Of a stretch of 64,000 nt of DNA, positions 31,144 through 43,226 are shown one piece after another. The notes under the pieces were generated by a model. The model was not told where the DNA came from and searched no databases. It saw only the letters and a program-made list of their open reading frames with translations. Position 1 is the first letter of the stretch; every line of letters starts with the position of its first letter. A program made the position numbers and the translations under genes. Origin of the DNA: Opitutia bacterium (GTDB lineage Bacteria > Verrucomicrobiota > Verrucomicrobiia > Opitutales > Opitutaceae); contig CANJVR010000002.1 in the NCBI GenBank assembly GCA_947478395.1, forward strand, positions 32,001-96,000. The letters run 5' to 3'.

Positions 31144-31985
31144 CTTTTCCGGAGCGCCCGGCCTTCTGGTCGGCGCCGGCTCGCCGCGATAAACGTGATG
31201 CCGCCCGCGATGAGAAACACCGAATAGAAAGTACCTCGGCTCAGTCCGAGAATCAGGCTCACGCCCACGTCTGGCTCGCGAAATGTCTCCCCGATCATGC
31301 GCACCGCGGCGTAGATCAGCCAGAACTCGCCCGATAAATGGCCGGGTTTGGTTCGTGCTATGTCACTCCGCCAAAATCGCCCCTGCATGATCGCCAGCAG
31401 CAGCGCTCCCTCCAGCGCCGCCTCATAAAGCTGCGACGGATGACGCGGTGGAATCAGATCCACGGGCGTGCCGGGCGCCACGCTATTGGGGAAAATAACG
31501 GCCCACGAAACGGCGGTCACCTTGCCCCAGAGCTCGCCATTGATGAAATTCGCGACCCGCCCCAACAGCAGTCCGGCCGCCGCGGTCGACGCGATCAAAT
31601 CGCACAGGTGCAGAAACGGGATTTTTTGCGAACGCGAGAACCAAGCCAGCGCCACGCCGACGCCGACAAAGCCACCGTGGCTGGCCATCCCTCCGTCCCA
31701 AACCCTAAAAAACGAAAGCGGCTCGTGGATCAACGCGTCTGGCTGGTACAACAGGAAATAGCCAAGCCGTCCGCCAACGAGCACGCCGACGATCACCGCC
31801 ATGATCAAGTCGGAGACCTTTTCCGCCGGGAGCGCGGAGCGGCCGGCTCGGGCATAGCGGATCAGCAAAGCGCCTGCGGTCAGAAATCCCAGCATGTACG
31901 CGAGACCGTAGTAACGAATACCGATCGAATCGGTGAATCGCACGAGGAACGGACTGAGATTATTTACCCAATAGGCCAGGGGCAT
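31140..31985 (-). CDS. lgt: Prolipoprotein diacylglyceryl transferase
   Basis: YYGLAY, GGRLGY, GGMASHGG, GRVANFINGELWG, HPSQLYE. Confidence 0.97.
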   Translation of the reverse strand: MPLAYWVNNLSPFLVRFTDSIGIRYYGLAYMLGFLTAGALLIRYARAGRSALPAEKVSDLIMAVIVGVLVGGRLGYFLLYQPDALIHEPLSFFRVWDGGMASHGGFVGVGVALAWFSRSQKIPFLHLCDLIASTAAAGLLLGRVANFINGELWGKVTAVSWAVIFPNSVAPGTPVDLIPPRHPSQLYEAALEGALLLAIMQGRFWRSDIARTKPGHLSGEFWLIYAAVRMIGETFREPDVGVSLILGLSRGTFYSVFLIAGGITFIAASRRRPEGRALRKS

Positions 31986-32009
31986 AGGTTGAAATTCAGG
32001 AATCTTTTT

Positions 32010-33062
32010 TTATCCCGGCGTTGGCATCGTGGTGCCTGGCCGCTCGCTCTTCTGCTGTTTCGCTCGCGCGAGCTCCCGCATGTCGACGGCTACATCGTCC
32101 TTCTCGAAAATTTCGCGACCAAGAATATGTTCGATGATGTCCTCCATCGTGATCACGCCGGCCGTCGCGCCGAACTCGTCCACGGCGACGAGCATTTTCG
32201 TGTGAACCTTCAAACACACCTGCAGGGCCTGTCCGACGGAAACGGTCTCCGGAATGAAATGCGCTTCGCCCATGAGCGCTTCGACGAGGATGTTGTCCTG
32301 GTCGTTGGCCTTGGCTTTTAACAAATCGCGTCGCCGCGCCAGACCGATGATGTCGTCGAGGTTTTTCTTATACACCGGCATGCGACCGAAGGGCAGGGAG
32401 GGATATTCGCGCATCACGTCGCCCACGCTGGAGCCACCGCGCAACGCGGTGACCACGGTGCGCGGCGTCATGATGGCGCTCACGCGCACGTCATCGAGCG
32501 AGAGCGCATTGGCGATCATGTTCGATTCGCTTTTGCTAAGTGAGCCGTCCTGGGCTCCGCGTTCCGCCAGCAGGATGATTTCCTCGTCGGAGCGATGGAC
32601 GCTGACGGGTTCGCCGATGATCAGACGCACGACCACATTGCAAAACCACGTGACCGGAAACAGCGCCCGCCGCAGCCACCACAGGGGATAGACCACGTGC
32701 GGTTGAAGCGCGCGGCGATAAACCACGCCCATCGTTTTGGGCAGCACTTCCGCCGCGACGAGCAACGTGATGCCGAAAGCCACGGTAATAAAAACGAGCG
32801 TGCGTTCGCCAAAAAGATGGGCGCCAATCGCGCCGATCACGACGGAGCCGATGCCGTTGGCCGCGGTGTTTAGCGTGAGAATGGCCGAAATCGTTTCGTC
32901 GAGCTGGTGCTTGATCGTTTCCAGCTTTGCGCCACGCCGGGGCCGGCTTTTTTTCAGCGCCTCGATCTCCGCCACGGTGGTGCTCAAGACCAGCGCCTCG
33001 AACAGCGAGCACACGAAGGAGATCACGAGCGTCACACCGATCGCGAAGATGAGCCAATACAT
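32010..33062 (-). CDS. CNNM (DUF21)-CBS domain membrane protein (hemolysin/CorC family)
   Basis: SLFEA, AILTLNT, EVLPK, IMTPR, VDEFG...ITMEDIIE. Confidence 0.9.
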   Translation of the reverse strand: MYWLIFAIGVTLVISFVCSLFEALVLSTTVAEIEALKKSRPRRGAKLETIKHQLDETISAILTLNTAANGIGSVVIGAIGAHLFGERTLVFITVAFGITLLVAAEVLPKTMGVVYRRALQPHVVYPLWWLRRALFPVTWFCNVVVRLIIGEPVSVHRSDEEIILLAERGAQDGSLSKSESNMIANALSLDDVRVSAIMTPRTVVTALRGGSSVGDVMREYPSLPFGRMPVYKKNLDDIIGLARRRDLLKAKANDQDNILVEALMGEAHFIPETVSVGQALQVCLKVHTKMLVAVDEFGATAGVITMEDIIEHILGREIFEKDDVAVDMRELARAKQQKSERPGTTMPTPG

Positions 33063-33170
33063 GACGCCAGTTTATAGACCCGTGGCGTTTTACGAATAGA
33101 AAGTGGGCCGCCGCCGGCCGGATTAAATCAGCCTTGCCGGTTTCGCGGAGCCGCCGCGTAGTCATCCGCC

Positions 33171-34274
33171 ATGAGTGACCTCCAACGCACGCCCCTGCGC
33201 GATTTCCACGCCGCGCACGGTGCGCGGCTCGTCGATTTCGCCGGCTGGGAAATGCCGGTGCAATATCGCAGCATCCTCGAAGAGCACAAAGCCGTGCGGC
33301 GGGCGGCGGGTCTATTCGACGTGAGCCACATGGGCGAAGTCGATGTGCGCGGTCCGGAAGCGGAAAAATTCCTGAATCATCTGGTCACAAATGACGTCGC
33401 CAAGCTCTTCCCCGGCCGCGTGCTTTACTCGCCGATGTGCTATCCGACCGGCGGCGTGGTCGACGATCTGCTCGTGTACATGCGCGGGCCGGACGATTAT
33501 TTTCTCTGCATCAACGCCGGCAATATTGCCAAGGACCTCGCCTGGATTCGCGCACAGGCGGCGCGGTTCGCCGTTTCGATCACGGATCGCTGCGCCGATT
33601 ACGCGCTGATCGCGGTGCAAGGCCCGCGCGCCGTGGCGATCGTGCAGGGCCTTACGGGCGCCAAGCTTGGCCTCTTGAAGTATTACCATTTCGTCGAAGG
33701 CACGGTGGCGGGTGTTCACTGCATCATCAGCCGCACGGGCTACACCGGGGAAGATGGCGTTGAACTTTATCACGCGGCCGGCGACGCCGTTGCTCTGACT
33801 GAAGCGATGCTCGCCGCGGGCGCGCCGCAAGGGCTTGAGCTCGCGGGACTCGGCGCGCGTGACAGTCTGCGTTTGGAAGCGGGCTATCCACTCTACGGCC
33901 ATGAAATCACCCAGGATATTTCGCCGCTCACCGCTGGTCTGGGCTGGACCGTGAAGTTGGACAAGGGCGTGGATTTCATCGGGCGCGATGCGCTCGTCGC
34001 CGAAAAACAAAACGGTGCGCCGGAAAAAGTGGTGTTCTTTAAAACGGGCGACCGGCGCATCGTCCGCGCCGACGCGCCGGTGTTGGGGCCGGACGGCGCC
34101 GTTGTCGGCCGCGTGCTTTCCGGCACCCTGTCGCCCATCCTCAACGAGGCCATTGGCTCGGCGCTCGTCGCAACGGCCTCGGCGGATCAAGCTCTCGCCG
34201 TGGATATTCGCGGCACCAAATTGAATTTGCACCTCGTCAAACCGCCCTTCGTCGAATTGAAAAAAACCCCATGA
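33171..34274 (+). CDS. gcvT: Glycine cleavage system T protein
   Basis: [41 protein letters not shown]. Confidence 0.97.
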   Translation: MSDLQRTPLRDFHAAHGARLVDFAGWEMPVQYRSILEEHKAVRRAAGLFDVSHMGEVDVRGPEAEKFLNHLVTNDVAKLFPGRVLYSPMCYPTGGVVDDLLVYMRGPDDYFLCINAGNIAKDLAWIRAQAARFAVSITDRCADYALIAVQGPRAVAIVQGLTGAKLGLLKYYHFVEGTVAGVHCIISRTGYTGEDGVELYHAAGDAVALTEAMLAAGAPQGLELAGLGARDSLRLEAGYPLYGHEITQDISPLTAGLGWTVKLDKGVDFIGRDALVAEKQNGAPEKVVFFKTGDRRIVRADAPVLGPDGAVVGRVLSGTLSPILNEAIGSALVATASADQALAVDIRGTKLNLHLVKPPFVELKKTP

Positions 34275-34654
34275 GCAACGTCCCCGCCAATCTCCGTTAC
34301 GCGAAATCGCACGAATGGGTCCGTCTGGAAGGCGATGGCAGCGCCACCGTGGGCATCACCGACTACGCCCAGAGTTCGCTCGGCGACATCACTTTTGTCC
34401 AGCTGCCCAAGGTCGGTGCTGTTCTAAAAGCCGGCGATACGTTCGGGGTGGTTGAATCCGTCAAAGCGGCGTCGGATATTTATGCGCCGATCGGCGGCAC
34501 CGTGACCGCGGTGAACGGCACGCTCGACCGTGCGCCGGAATCCGTGAACAGCGCCCCGTACGATGGTGCGTGGTTGATCAAACTCCAAGTGGCCAATCCC
34601 GCCGAAGCCGGCGCTCTGCTGGACGCCGCGGCCTACACGCAAGCGATCGGTTGA
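34271..34654 (+). CDS. gcvH: Glycine cleavage system H protein
   Basis: [17 protein letters not shown] lipoyl lysine. Confidence 0.97.
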   Translation: MSNVPANLRYAKSHEWVRLEGDGSATVGITDYAQSSLGDITFVQLPKVGAVLKAGDTFGVVESVKAASDIYAPIGGTVTAVNGTLDRAPESVNSAPYDGAWLIKLQVANPAEAGALLDAAAYTQAIG

Positions 34655-35171
34655 AGCGTCGCAGACGCGAGAGGCGGCTGGCGGTTAAGCGGACCGACGG
34701 ATGGCTGCTGTCAGAGAAATCAGGTGCGGATTTTTCCCCGTAAATTTTCGGACGCGCGGGTGTTACTCGGTTCCGGGATCACAACTTCATCGTGCAAGGG
34801 TGCATTTGCCGGTTAACCGGAACCCGCAACCGCGGGCTCGCGACTCCCGCGATCACGGGACGGGGAAAGCCGATGAGCCGCTGAGGCCGAATACGAACGG
34901 CGGTGTCTGCGCGCATTTTCTGTGCGGGCAGGCTAACTCGAAAATTTTCACCTTAAACAACCCTGGGTCGCCGGCCCTTGGTTGATTCCGCCCCGTTCCT
35001 GAGCGCGGTGGATGACGCCCTCCGCCCATCGCCGCGGACGACTAAGGCGTTTTCGAGAACGGGTGTTGTAAGTGATAATCAAGTAACGCGCCGCGTTAGT
35101 CCGCGTGCCGAACCAAAGGCCGAGGGCTTGAAGCGTGCGCTAAGAAATTACAGGCGGCCGCGGTCCCAAAA

Positions 35172-37130
<1,959 letters not shown>

Positions 37131-37217
37131 TGCGGAACGGGGAGGTGATAGGGCTTGCTTTCGCGGACACGGAATTGATTACCTGCGTGTTTCTTTTTTC
37201 AAAATCCTCAACACGCA

Positions 37218-37580
37218 ATGATGAATATGTTCCCCGTCGCCACCTTGCTTACGTACTTTGCTCAGGCCGCCGCACCCGGTTCTGGTCCGGCCGGCAATGG
37301 TTCGATGGTGCAGATGCTTCTCTTTTACGGCCTGATTGCGGGCGGTTTCTATTTCCTTTTCATCGCGCCCCAGCGCAAAAAACAGAAGGAACATGAGAAG
37401 TTGCTGGCTTCGTTACAATCAGGCGACGAGGTGCTGACGACCGGCGGAATCTACGGCACGATCACGAACGTGAAGGACGATCGTTTTGTGGTCCGGATCG
37501 CGGAGAGCACCAAGATTGAAGTCGGCAAGGGCTTCATCTCCGCCGTCACGAAGAAGACCGACGCCGAGGAAAAGAAGTAA
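37218..37580 (+). CDS. yajC: Preprotein translocase subunit YajC
   Basis: FYFLFIAPQRKKQK, GDEVLTTGGIYG; upstream of secDF. Confidence 0.95.
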   Translation: MMNMFPVATLLTYFAQAAAPGSGPAGNGSMVQMLLFYGLIAGGFYFLFIAPQRKKQKEHEKLLASLQSGDEVLTTGGIYGTITNVKDDRFVVRIAESTKIEVGKGFISAVTKKTDAEEKK

Positions 37581-37690
37581 GCCTGCCCAGCTCGATCCGT
37601 CGCGCGTGAATGGCGCGAGTCATGACGACCGTCCCGGTACGGCTCGGACGCCGGACCTGACCCCAACCCCCTTTTTAAACCCAAACGACC

Positions 37691-40240
37691 ATGCTCAAAC
37701 GCAACCTCTGGAAGATCGTGCTCTCTCTCACCATCGCGGTGTGGGCGATCAGCGAACTCGTTCCGCTCAAAGACGTGCCTTTCGCGACCTACGCGAAAGA
37801 CCACGCCACCGCGAAACCCGCCGAATTCGCCAAACTCCTCGATGAAGCCGCCGCCAGCGCAAAGCTCGGCCGCGCACCGAGCGATTACGTCGCCCTCAAA
37901 GCCCTCGCCAAGGAGCGCAAGATCGACCTCACCCAATATTTTCCGAATATCCGCCTCGAGGATTCGCTGCGCAATGTTGAGAAGCGAAACGAGATTCTGC
38001 TCGGCGAACTTTTCCGCCGTTCCAAGGGCCGGCTCCAGCTCGGCCTCGACCTAAAGGGCGGCGTCGCGTTCACGCTCGAAGTCGACGACCGCGTCGCCGC
38101 CAAGGATTCCGACCGCGATCGCGCGGAGAAACTCACCAAGGCCATCGAAATCATCGGGGCCCGCATCAATGCCTTCGGCGTCGCGGAGCCGGTCATCCGC
38201 CCGATCGGCAACAACCGTATCGAAGTCCAGCTCCCCGGACTCGACACGCGCACCAACCCTGACGTCATCGATCAGGTCAAGAAGCCCGCGCGCCTCGATT
38301 TCCGCATGGTCGAAGCGACGCTCGCGCCCGGCCCCGGCGTCGACACGCCTCCCGGCTACGAAATCATGACGCTGGATCATGAGGGCGTCCGCGGGGAATC
38401 GTCCGTCGAAGAACTTTTCGTCAAACGCATTCCCGAGATGACGGGCGAAATGATTGAAACGTCGTTTGCCCGCCCCGATCTCTACGGCAAGCCCGAGGTC
38501 ATTCTCCAATTCACCAGCGCCGGCCGAAAGCGTTTCGCTGAAGTCACCCGCGCTATCGCCGAGGGTGGCCAGCAGGCTGGCCGCTTGGGTCGCCTCGCGA
38601 TCGTGCTCGATGGTAAACTTTATTCGGCGCCGACCGTCCGCGAAGAGATCAACAACGACTCGGCCCAGATCAGCGGCAGTTTCTCGGATCGCGAAGCCAT
38701 CAATCTGGCGAACGTCCTCAATAATCCGCTGGATCTTCCGCTCGTCATCAAAGAGCAGCACGCCGTCGGCCCATCGCTCGCGCAAGACGCCATCGACAGC
38801 GGCGTGAAAGCCTCGGTCATTGGCACCGCGCTGGTCGCGGCGTTCATGATCACGTTCTACACCACCGGCGGTATCGTCGCCGTGGCGTCGCTCGCGGTTA
38901 ATATCCTCATTATCGTCGGCTTCATGGCCAGCATCGGCGCCACCATGACCCTGCCCGGACTCGCCGGTATCGTTTTGACCATCGGCATGGCGGTCGATGC
39001 GAACATCCTGATTTTCGAGCGCATGCGTGAAGAGCTTGCCGCCGGCAAGAGCTTGGCGACGTCTACGCAAACCGGCTTCATGAAAGCGCTCACGACCATT
39101 TTGGACGCGCACATCGTCCAGCTGATCATCTGCGCGATCATGATCTGGCTCGGCACCGGACCGATCAAAGGCTTCGGCGTTACGCTGGCCATCGGTGTCA
39201 TCTCGACGCTCATCACGGTCCTGATCACGGCCCACCTTATTCTCGAGCTGCTGGTCGACTCGAACACCCTTAAGAAAATGACGATGCGCCACCTGTTGAA
39301 GAACATCAACGTGGACTTCATCAAGTACGGCAAACCGGCCTTCATCGGCTCCTGGCTCGTCGTTCTGCTGGGTCTCGGCGTGGTCGCTTACAAGGGTAGC
39401 CACATCTACGGCATCGATTTCGCCGGCGGCGACGTGGTTAGCATCGAGTTCAAGGATCGCCTCGACGTCGCCAAGATCCACGAACTCGCGAAAGCGAATG
39501 GCATCACCGAGGTGAATCCCGCCTACGTGAGCCCGCTCGGCGGCGGCAAGGAAACGCTCAAGATCGAAACGCCCGAAGGCAAATCCGCGGTCCTATTCGC
39601 GGCACTCCAGAAAGCCTATCCCTCGGCTGGTTTGGTCAGTGTCGGCGAGGAACACATCGGTGCCGCCATCGGCAAGGAAATCGAGCTCAACGCCCTCCTC
39701 GCCATCGGCGTGTCGATGCTGACGATTCTCGTCTACATCGCATTCCGCTTCGAGTTCGGCTTCGGCCTCGGAGCGATGTTCTCCACCTTCCACGATATTC
39801 TGATGACCATCGGCATTTTCGTGCTCTTCGGTCACCAGTTCTCGGCGCCCATGGTGGCCGCGATCCTGTGTATCGCGGGTTACTCGATCAACGAGACCGT
39901 GGTCGTCTTTGACCGCATTCGGGAGGAGCTGAAACTCAATCCGACCGGCTCGTTACGCGACGTGGTCAACACCGCCATCAACAAAGTTTTTGCCCGCACG
40001 ATCATGACCTCTTCGACGACGTTTCTCGCGGCGTTGTCGTTGTTCGTCTTCGGCAGCGGTACGTTGAGCGACATTTCGTTCACGTTCTTGGTCGGTATCG
40101 TGACCTCGACCTTCTCGGCCATCTTCGTCGCGTCCCAAGTCTTCTACTGGTGGCACAAGGGCGACCGGAAGCATGTCGAGGCCCACGAAGATATCGCCCC
40201 GAAATACGAGTGGACCGGCGCCAGCAAGGCTTCGGAATAA
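37691..40240 (+). CDS. secDF: Fused protein translocase subunit SecD/SecF
   Basis: LGLDLKGG, GMAVDANILIFER, GIDFAGG, GYSINETVVVFDRIRE. Confidence 0.96.
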   Translation: MLKRNLWKIVLSLTIAVWAISELVPLKDVPFATYAKDHATAKPAEFAKLLDEAAASAKLGRAPSDYVALKALAKERKIDLTQYFPNIRLEDSLRNVEKRNEILLGELFRRSKGRLQLGLDLKGGVAFTLEVDDRVAAKDSDRDRAEKLTKAIEIIGARINAFGVAEPVIRPIGNNRIEVQLPGLDTRTNPDVIDQVKKPARLDFRMVEATLAPGPGVDTPPGYEIMTLDHEGVRGESSVEELFVKRIPEMTGEMIETSFARPDLYGKPEVILQFTSAGRKRFAEVTRAIAEGGQQAGRLGRLAIVLDGKLYSAPTVREEINNDSAQISGSFSDREAINLANVLNNPLDLPLVIKEQHAVGPSLAQDAIDSGVKASVIGTALVAAFMITFYTTGGIVAVASLAVNILIIVGFMASIGATMTLPGLAGIVLTIGMAVDANILIFERMREELAAGKSLATSTQTGFMKALTTILDAHIVQLIICAIMIWLGTGPIKGFGVTLAIGVISTLITVLITAHLILELLVDSNTLKKMTMRHLLKNINVDFIKYGKPAFIGSWLVVLLGLGVVAYKGSHIYGIDFAGGDVVSIEFKDRLDVAKIHELAKANGITEVNPAYVSPLGGGKETLKIETPEGKSAVLFAALQKAYPSAGLVSVGEEHIGAAIGKEIELNALLAIGVSMLTILVYIAFRFEFGFGLGAMFSTFHDILMTIGIFVLFGHQFSAPMVAAILCIAGYSINETVVVFDRIREELKLNPTGSLRDVVNTAINKVFARTIMTSSTTFLAALSLFVFGSGTLSDISFTFLVGIVTSTFSAIFVASQVFYWWHKGDRKHVEAHEDIAPKYEWTGASKASE

Positions 40241-40249
40241 TTTTCAAAA

Positions 40250-40336
40250 GTAGGGCGGATTATCCCTAATCCGCCGCTGTGACTCGGCCCACCGGAGCGC
40301 TGAGCCCAACCGGCGCGTTAAGGTCACGCGCCCTAC
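40250..40336. repeat. GTAG REP doublet, family C
   Basis: GTAG-GGCGGATTA-TCCC-TAATCCGCC...GGCGCGTTAAGGTCACGCGCC-CTAC. Confidence 0.8.
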
Positions 40337-40352
40337 CTCGGAAATGCCACCC

Positions 40353-42071
40353 ATGCGCTGGACTCACACGCCGCGCCCGCCGCAGGACATCGACGGCGTC
40401 AGTAAACGCGCCGGGGTCAGCCCTGTGCTCGCCGAGCTGTTGCTGCGCTCGGGGCAGGGCGAAAATCCGCTGGAATTTCTGGAAGCGGCTCTCGCCGGTT
40501 TGGGCGATCCCTTTTTACTGCGTAATCTAGAAGCCGCGGCGCGCCGGATTTGCGGCGCGATCGAGCGCGCCGAAGCCGTCGTCGTGCTCGGTGACTACGA
40601 CGTCGATGGCGTGAGCAGCACCGCGCTGCTCGTCTCGATTCTGCGCCGCTTCGGACTCAAACCGCATTTCGTCGTGCCGCGCCGCTCCGAAGATGGCTAC
40701 GGGCTTTCGCGCAGCGCGATCGACCGCGCGTTGGAGAATGGGAAGCCCCATCTTTTCATCGCGCTCGATTGCGGCACGAACTCCCACGCTGAGGTCGCGC
40801 ATCTGCGCGCGCAGGGGATTGATGTCATCGTCGTCGATCATCATCGCTCGAAGGAACAGCCGCTGGTGGACGGGCTGCTGATCAATCCGCACGTCGATGC
40901 CGATGTCACCAACGCCGACGCGGCGTGGCGCAACCTTTGTACGGTCGGACTGGTGTTCAAGCTCGCGCACGGGCTGCTAAAGATGCTCCGCGCGGAGAAT
41001 CATCCGGTCGCGCATCGCATCAAGTTGCGCGATCATCTCGACCTCGTGGCGCTGGGCACGATCGCCGATCTCGTACCCTTGCTGGGCGAGAATCGCATCA
41101 TGGCGCGGCACGGACTCCGTATTTTGCAGGACACGACGCGGCCCGGACTGCGTGCGCTCATGGACATCGCGGGGGTGCGGCCGGGCCAGACGATCATGCC
41201 GGTGGATATTTCATTTCGCCTCGGACCGCGCATCAACGCCTCGGGGCGGCTGGCGGACGCGGCGCTGTCGGTTGAGTTGTTGTTGAGCGAGGATGCGGGC
41301 TTTTGTGCCGAGACGGCGTTGCAACTGGAAGCGTTCAACCGCGAGCGTCAGGACATTGAGCGCGGGATCACGGACGAGGCGGAGCAGATGATCGAGACGC
41401 AGTTTTCGCATTTGCCGGGCATTGTGCTTTTCAGTGAGAACTGGCACCCGGGCGTCGTCGGCATCGTGGCGGGCCGCGTCACGCGCAAATACAACCGCCC
41501 GTGTGTCGTGCTGGGCAACGAAGGGGAGCTGGCCAAAGGTTCCGGTCGCAGCGTCGATGGAATCAATCTGGTCGAGGTTCTGGGGACCTGCGCGGAGCAC
41601 CTCACAAGTTGGGGCGGGCACCCGATGGCGGTGGGCGTCGCGTTGACGAAGACGAAGCTCGAAGAATTTCGGGCGAGCTTTGCCGCCGCGGTGCGCGCGC
41701 ATGTGGGCGGGGAGATTGCCGAGGCCGAGTTGAAGATTGCCGCGTGGCTCACGCCGGAGCAAATCCGCGAACGGTTGATGGAGGAGGTGGAGGCGTTGCA
41801 TCCCTTCGGGCAGGGCAACCCGGAGCCGGTGTATGGGGTGCGCGGGGTCGTACTGCGGCAGCGGCCAATCGTGTTTAAGGAGCATCATTTCCGGTTCACG
41901 TTCGACGACGCGTCCGGCCGGCGCCTGCATGGCGTGGCCTGGAAGATGGCGCACCGTTTGCCGCCGCTGGGCGTACCGTTGGATTTTGCCGTCGAGATGG
42001 CGTGGAATCATTTCAACGACCGCAAATTGCTCCAACTTGAGCTGATTGACTGGAGACTGGCCGCCGGGTGA
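40353..42071 (+). CDS. recJ: Single-stranded-DNA-specific exonuclease RecJ
   Basis: GDYDVDG, DCGT, VDHH, GTIAD, PRINASGR, GGH; alternative ATG at 40344. Confidence 0.96.
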   Translation: MRWTHTPRPPQDIDGVSKRAGVSPVLAELLLRSGQGENPLEFLEAALAGLGDPFLLRNLEAAARRICGAIERAEAVVVLGDYDVDGVSSTALLVSILRRFGLKPHFVVPRRSEDGYGLSRSAIDRALENGKPHLFIALDCGTNSHAEVAHLRAQGIDVIVVDHHRSKEQPLVDGLLINPHVDADVTNADAAWRNLCTVGLVFKLAHGLLKMLRAENHPVAHRIKLRDHLDLVALGTIADLVPLLGENRIMARHGLRILQDTTRPGLRALMDIAGVRPGQTIMPVDISFRLGPRINASGRLADAALSVELLLSEDAGFCAETALQLEAFNRERQDIERGITDEAEQMIETQFSHLPGIVLFSENWHPGVVGIVAGRVTRKYNRPCVVLGNEGELAKGSGRSVDGINLVEVLGTCAEHLTSWGGHPMAVGVALTKTKLEEFRASFAAAVRAHVGGEIAEAELKIAAWLTPEQIRERLMEEVEALHPFGQGNPEPVYGVRGVVLRQRPIVFKEHHFRFTFDDASGRRLHGVAWKMAHRLPPLGVPLDFAVEMAWNHFNDRKLLQLELIDWRLAAG

Positions 42072-42113
42072 ACCGGCGGCGGTTTTGGGTTTTCAGTTGG
42101 GAATCAGAAAACG

Positions 42114-42221
42114 AGAGCGGTTGAGGTTTTTCCGTCGTCGTTGGGTGTAGCGGCTGGCGTCTCTGGTTGCCGGGTACCGCGTGCTCGTTTCGGCGGGCCG
42201 GGATGCCTGCCGCTACGTCGT
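42114..42221 (-). mobile_element. Repeat family A copy 2 (degenerate)
   Basis: AGAGCGGTTGAGGTTTTTCCG...GTAGCGGCTGGCGTCTCTGGTTGCCG...GGGATGCCTGCCGCTACGTCG. Confidence 0.75.
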
Positions 42222-42490
42222 GGGGCGCCTCTTTCTCATCGTGAGGCGAGCGAAGCGCGCAGTGGCTAAACCGTCAGGTGCGACGCCTGATCGGAAGCCG
42301 AGGAAAAGCAGAGCTACGCGAAGCATCAAATTACGATGCGCGATTTGTCCGGAACTCGAAGCCCGAAACGCAAAACTCGAAACCGCGCGTCTCGCGCAAA
42401 CTTCAAACCGCGGTAATTTCGGCGCGCAGCGCGGCGAAATTACCGCTTGCACTGCGCGGTGAATGTTTGCTTCTTTCCGCCCTCTGTTAC

Positions 42491-42567
42491 GCAGGCATAG
42501 CTCAACTGGATAGAGCGCCAGACTACGAATCTGGAGGTTTGGGGTTCGACTCCCTATGCCTGCACCA
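42491..42567 (+). tRNA. tRNA-Arg (ACG)
   Basis: Cloverleaf: acceptor GCAGGCA/TGCCTGC, anticodon arm CCAGA-CT-ACG-AA-TCTGG, GGTTCGAC T-loop, 3' CCA. Confidence 0.97.
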
Positions 42568-42697
42568 ACTTTTAATCTGCTTTTTAGCAGGGAGAAGCGA
42601 AAGGGTTTAAGCGGGTTTTGACCGAGCGCCAACGGCGGGTGGCAACCCGTTGTAGTAAGGACGGTGAACTGCAGGCGCGCTTAGGCTCCGGCGCCCT

Positions 42698-42740
42698 AAA
42701 ATAAAAAACCCCGGAGCGCTTCGCGCACTCCAGGGTTTTG
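42698..42740 (-). terminator. Rho-independent terminator of hpf
   Basis: Minus strand: AAAACCCTGGAGTGCGCGAAGCGCTCCGGGGTTTTTTATTTT. Confidence 0.75.
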
Positions 42741-42767
42741 CTTTCAAATCGAAAGACGAATCGATGC

Positions 42768-43139
42768 TCAGATCGCTTGCGGGAACTTGGCTTCCAAGTC
42801 CAGGCGGCCGGTTTGATGGCGTTTCACCTTCATCAGACGCGCGCGGCGGCTGAGCATGCGGTCGAGTTTGTCGACGAGGAGCGCGATGGCCTTGTGACAC
42901 TCGTCGGCTTCGACCGCGGCGTTCATGTCGGGGCCATGAATCGCAACATGCCCCTTCGCTTTGAACCGCGTAGTGACCGACTCTTTCGGATCACACTCGA
43001 GCTCCACGCGGACGCGCACGATGCGCTCCTCGTGGCGAAATAACCGCTCCATTTTCTCCTGCACGTAGGTTTTGAGCGACGGAGTCAGCTCGAGGTGGAT
43101 TCCCGATACGATCAGTTCGTGGTGGTTTTGTCTGTTCAT
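42768..43139 (-). CDS. hpf: Ribosome hibernation promoting factor (RaiA/HPF)
   Basis: VSGIHLELTPSLKTYVQEKMERL...AIALLVDKLDRML. Confidence 0.9.
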   Translation of the reverse strand: MNRQNHHELIVSGIHLELTPSLKTYVQEKMERLFRHEERIVRVRVELECDPKESVTTRFKAKGHVAIHGPDMNAAVEADECHKAIALLVDKLDRMLSRRARLMKVKRHQTGRLDLEAKFPQAI

Positions 43140-43226
43140 GTTTCTGCGTATGTTTTGGTTAACCGCAGTCGGCCGGATGGTCGGCTGTCGAAAGAGTAAA
43201 AATAACCTACACCTATCGGATTCCCT

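Noticed and set aside
33063..33170. Glycine riboswitch upstream of gcvT
   Set aside because: The 108-bp divergent gap lacks the GGAGA...CCGAAG...CTCTCAGG aptamer motifs.
42568..42700. Prophage or island attachment site after tRNA-Arg(ACG)
   Set aside because: No integrase, and no duplicated tRNA 3' end seen in the window; the hpf terminator follows directly.
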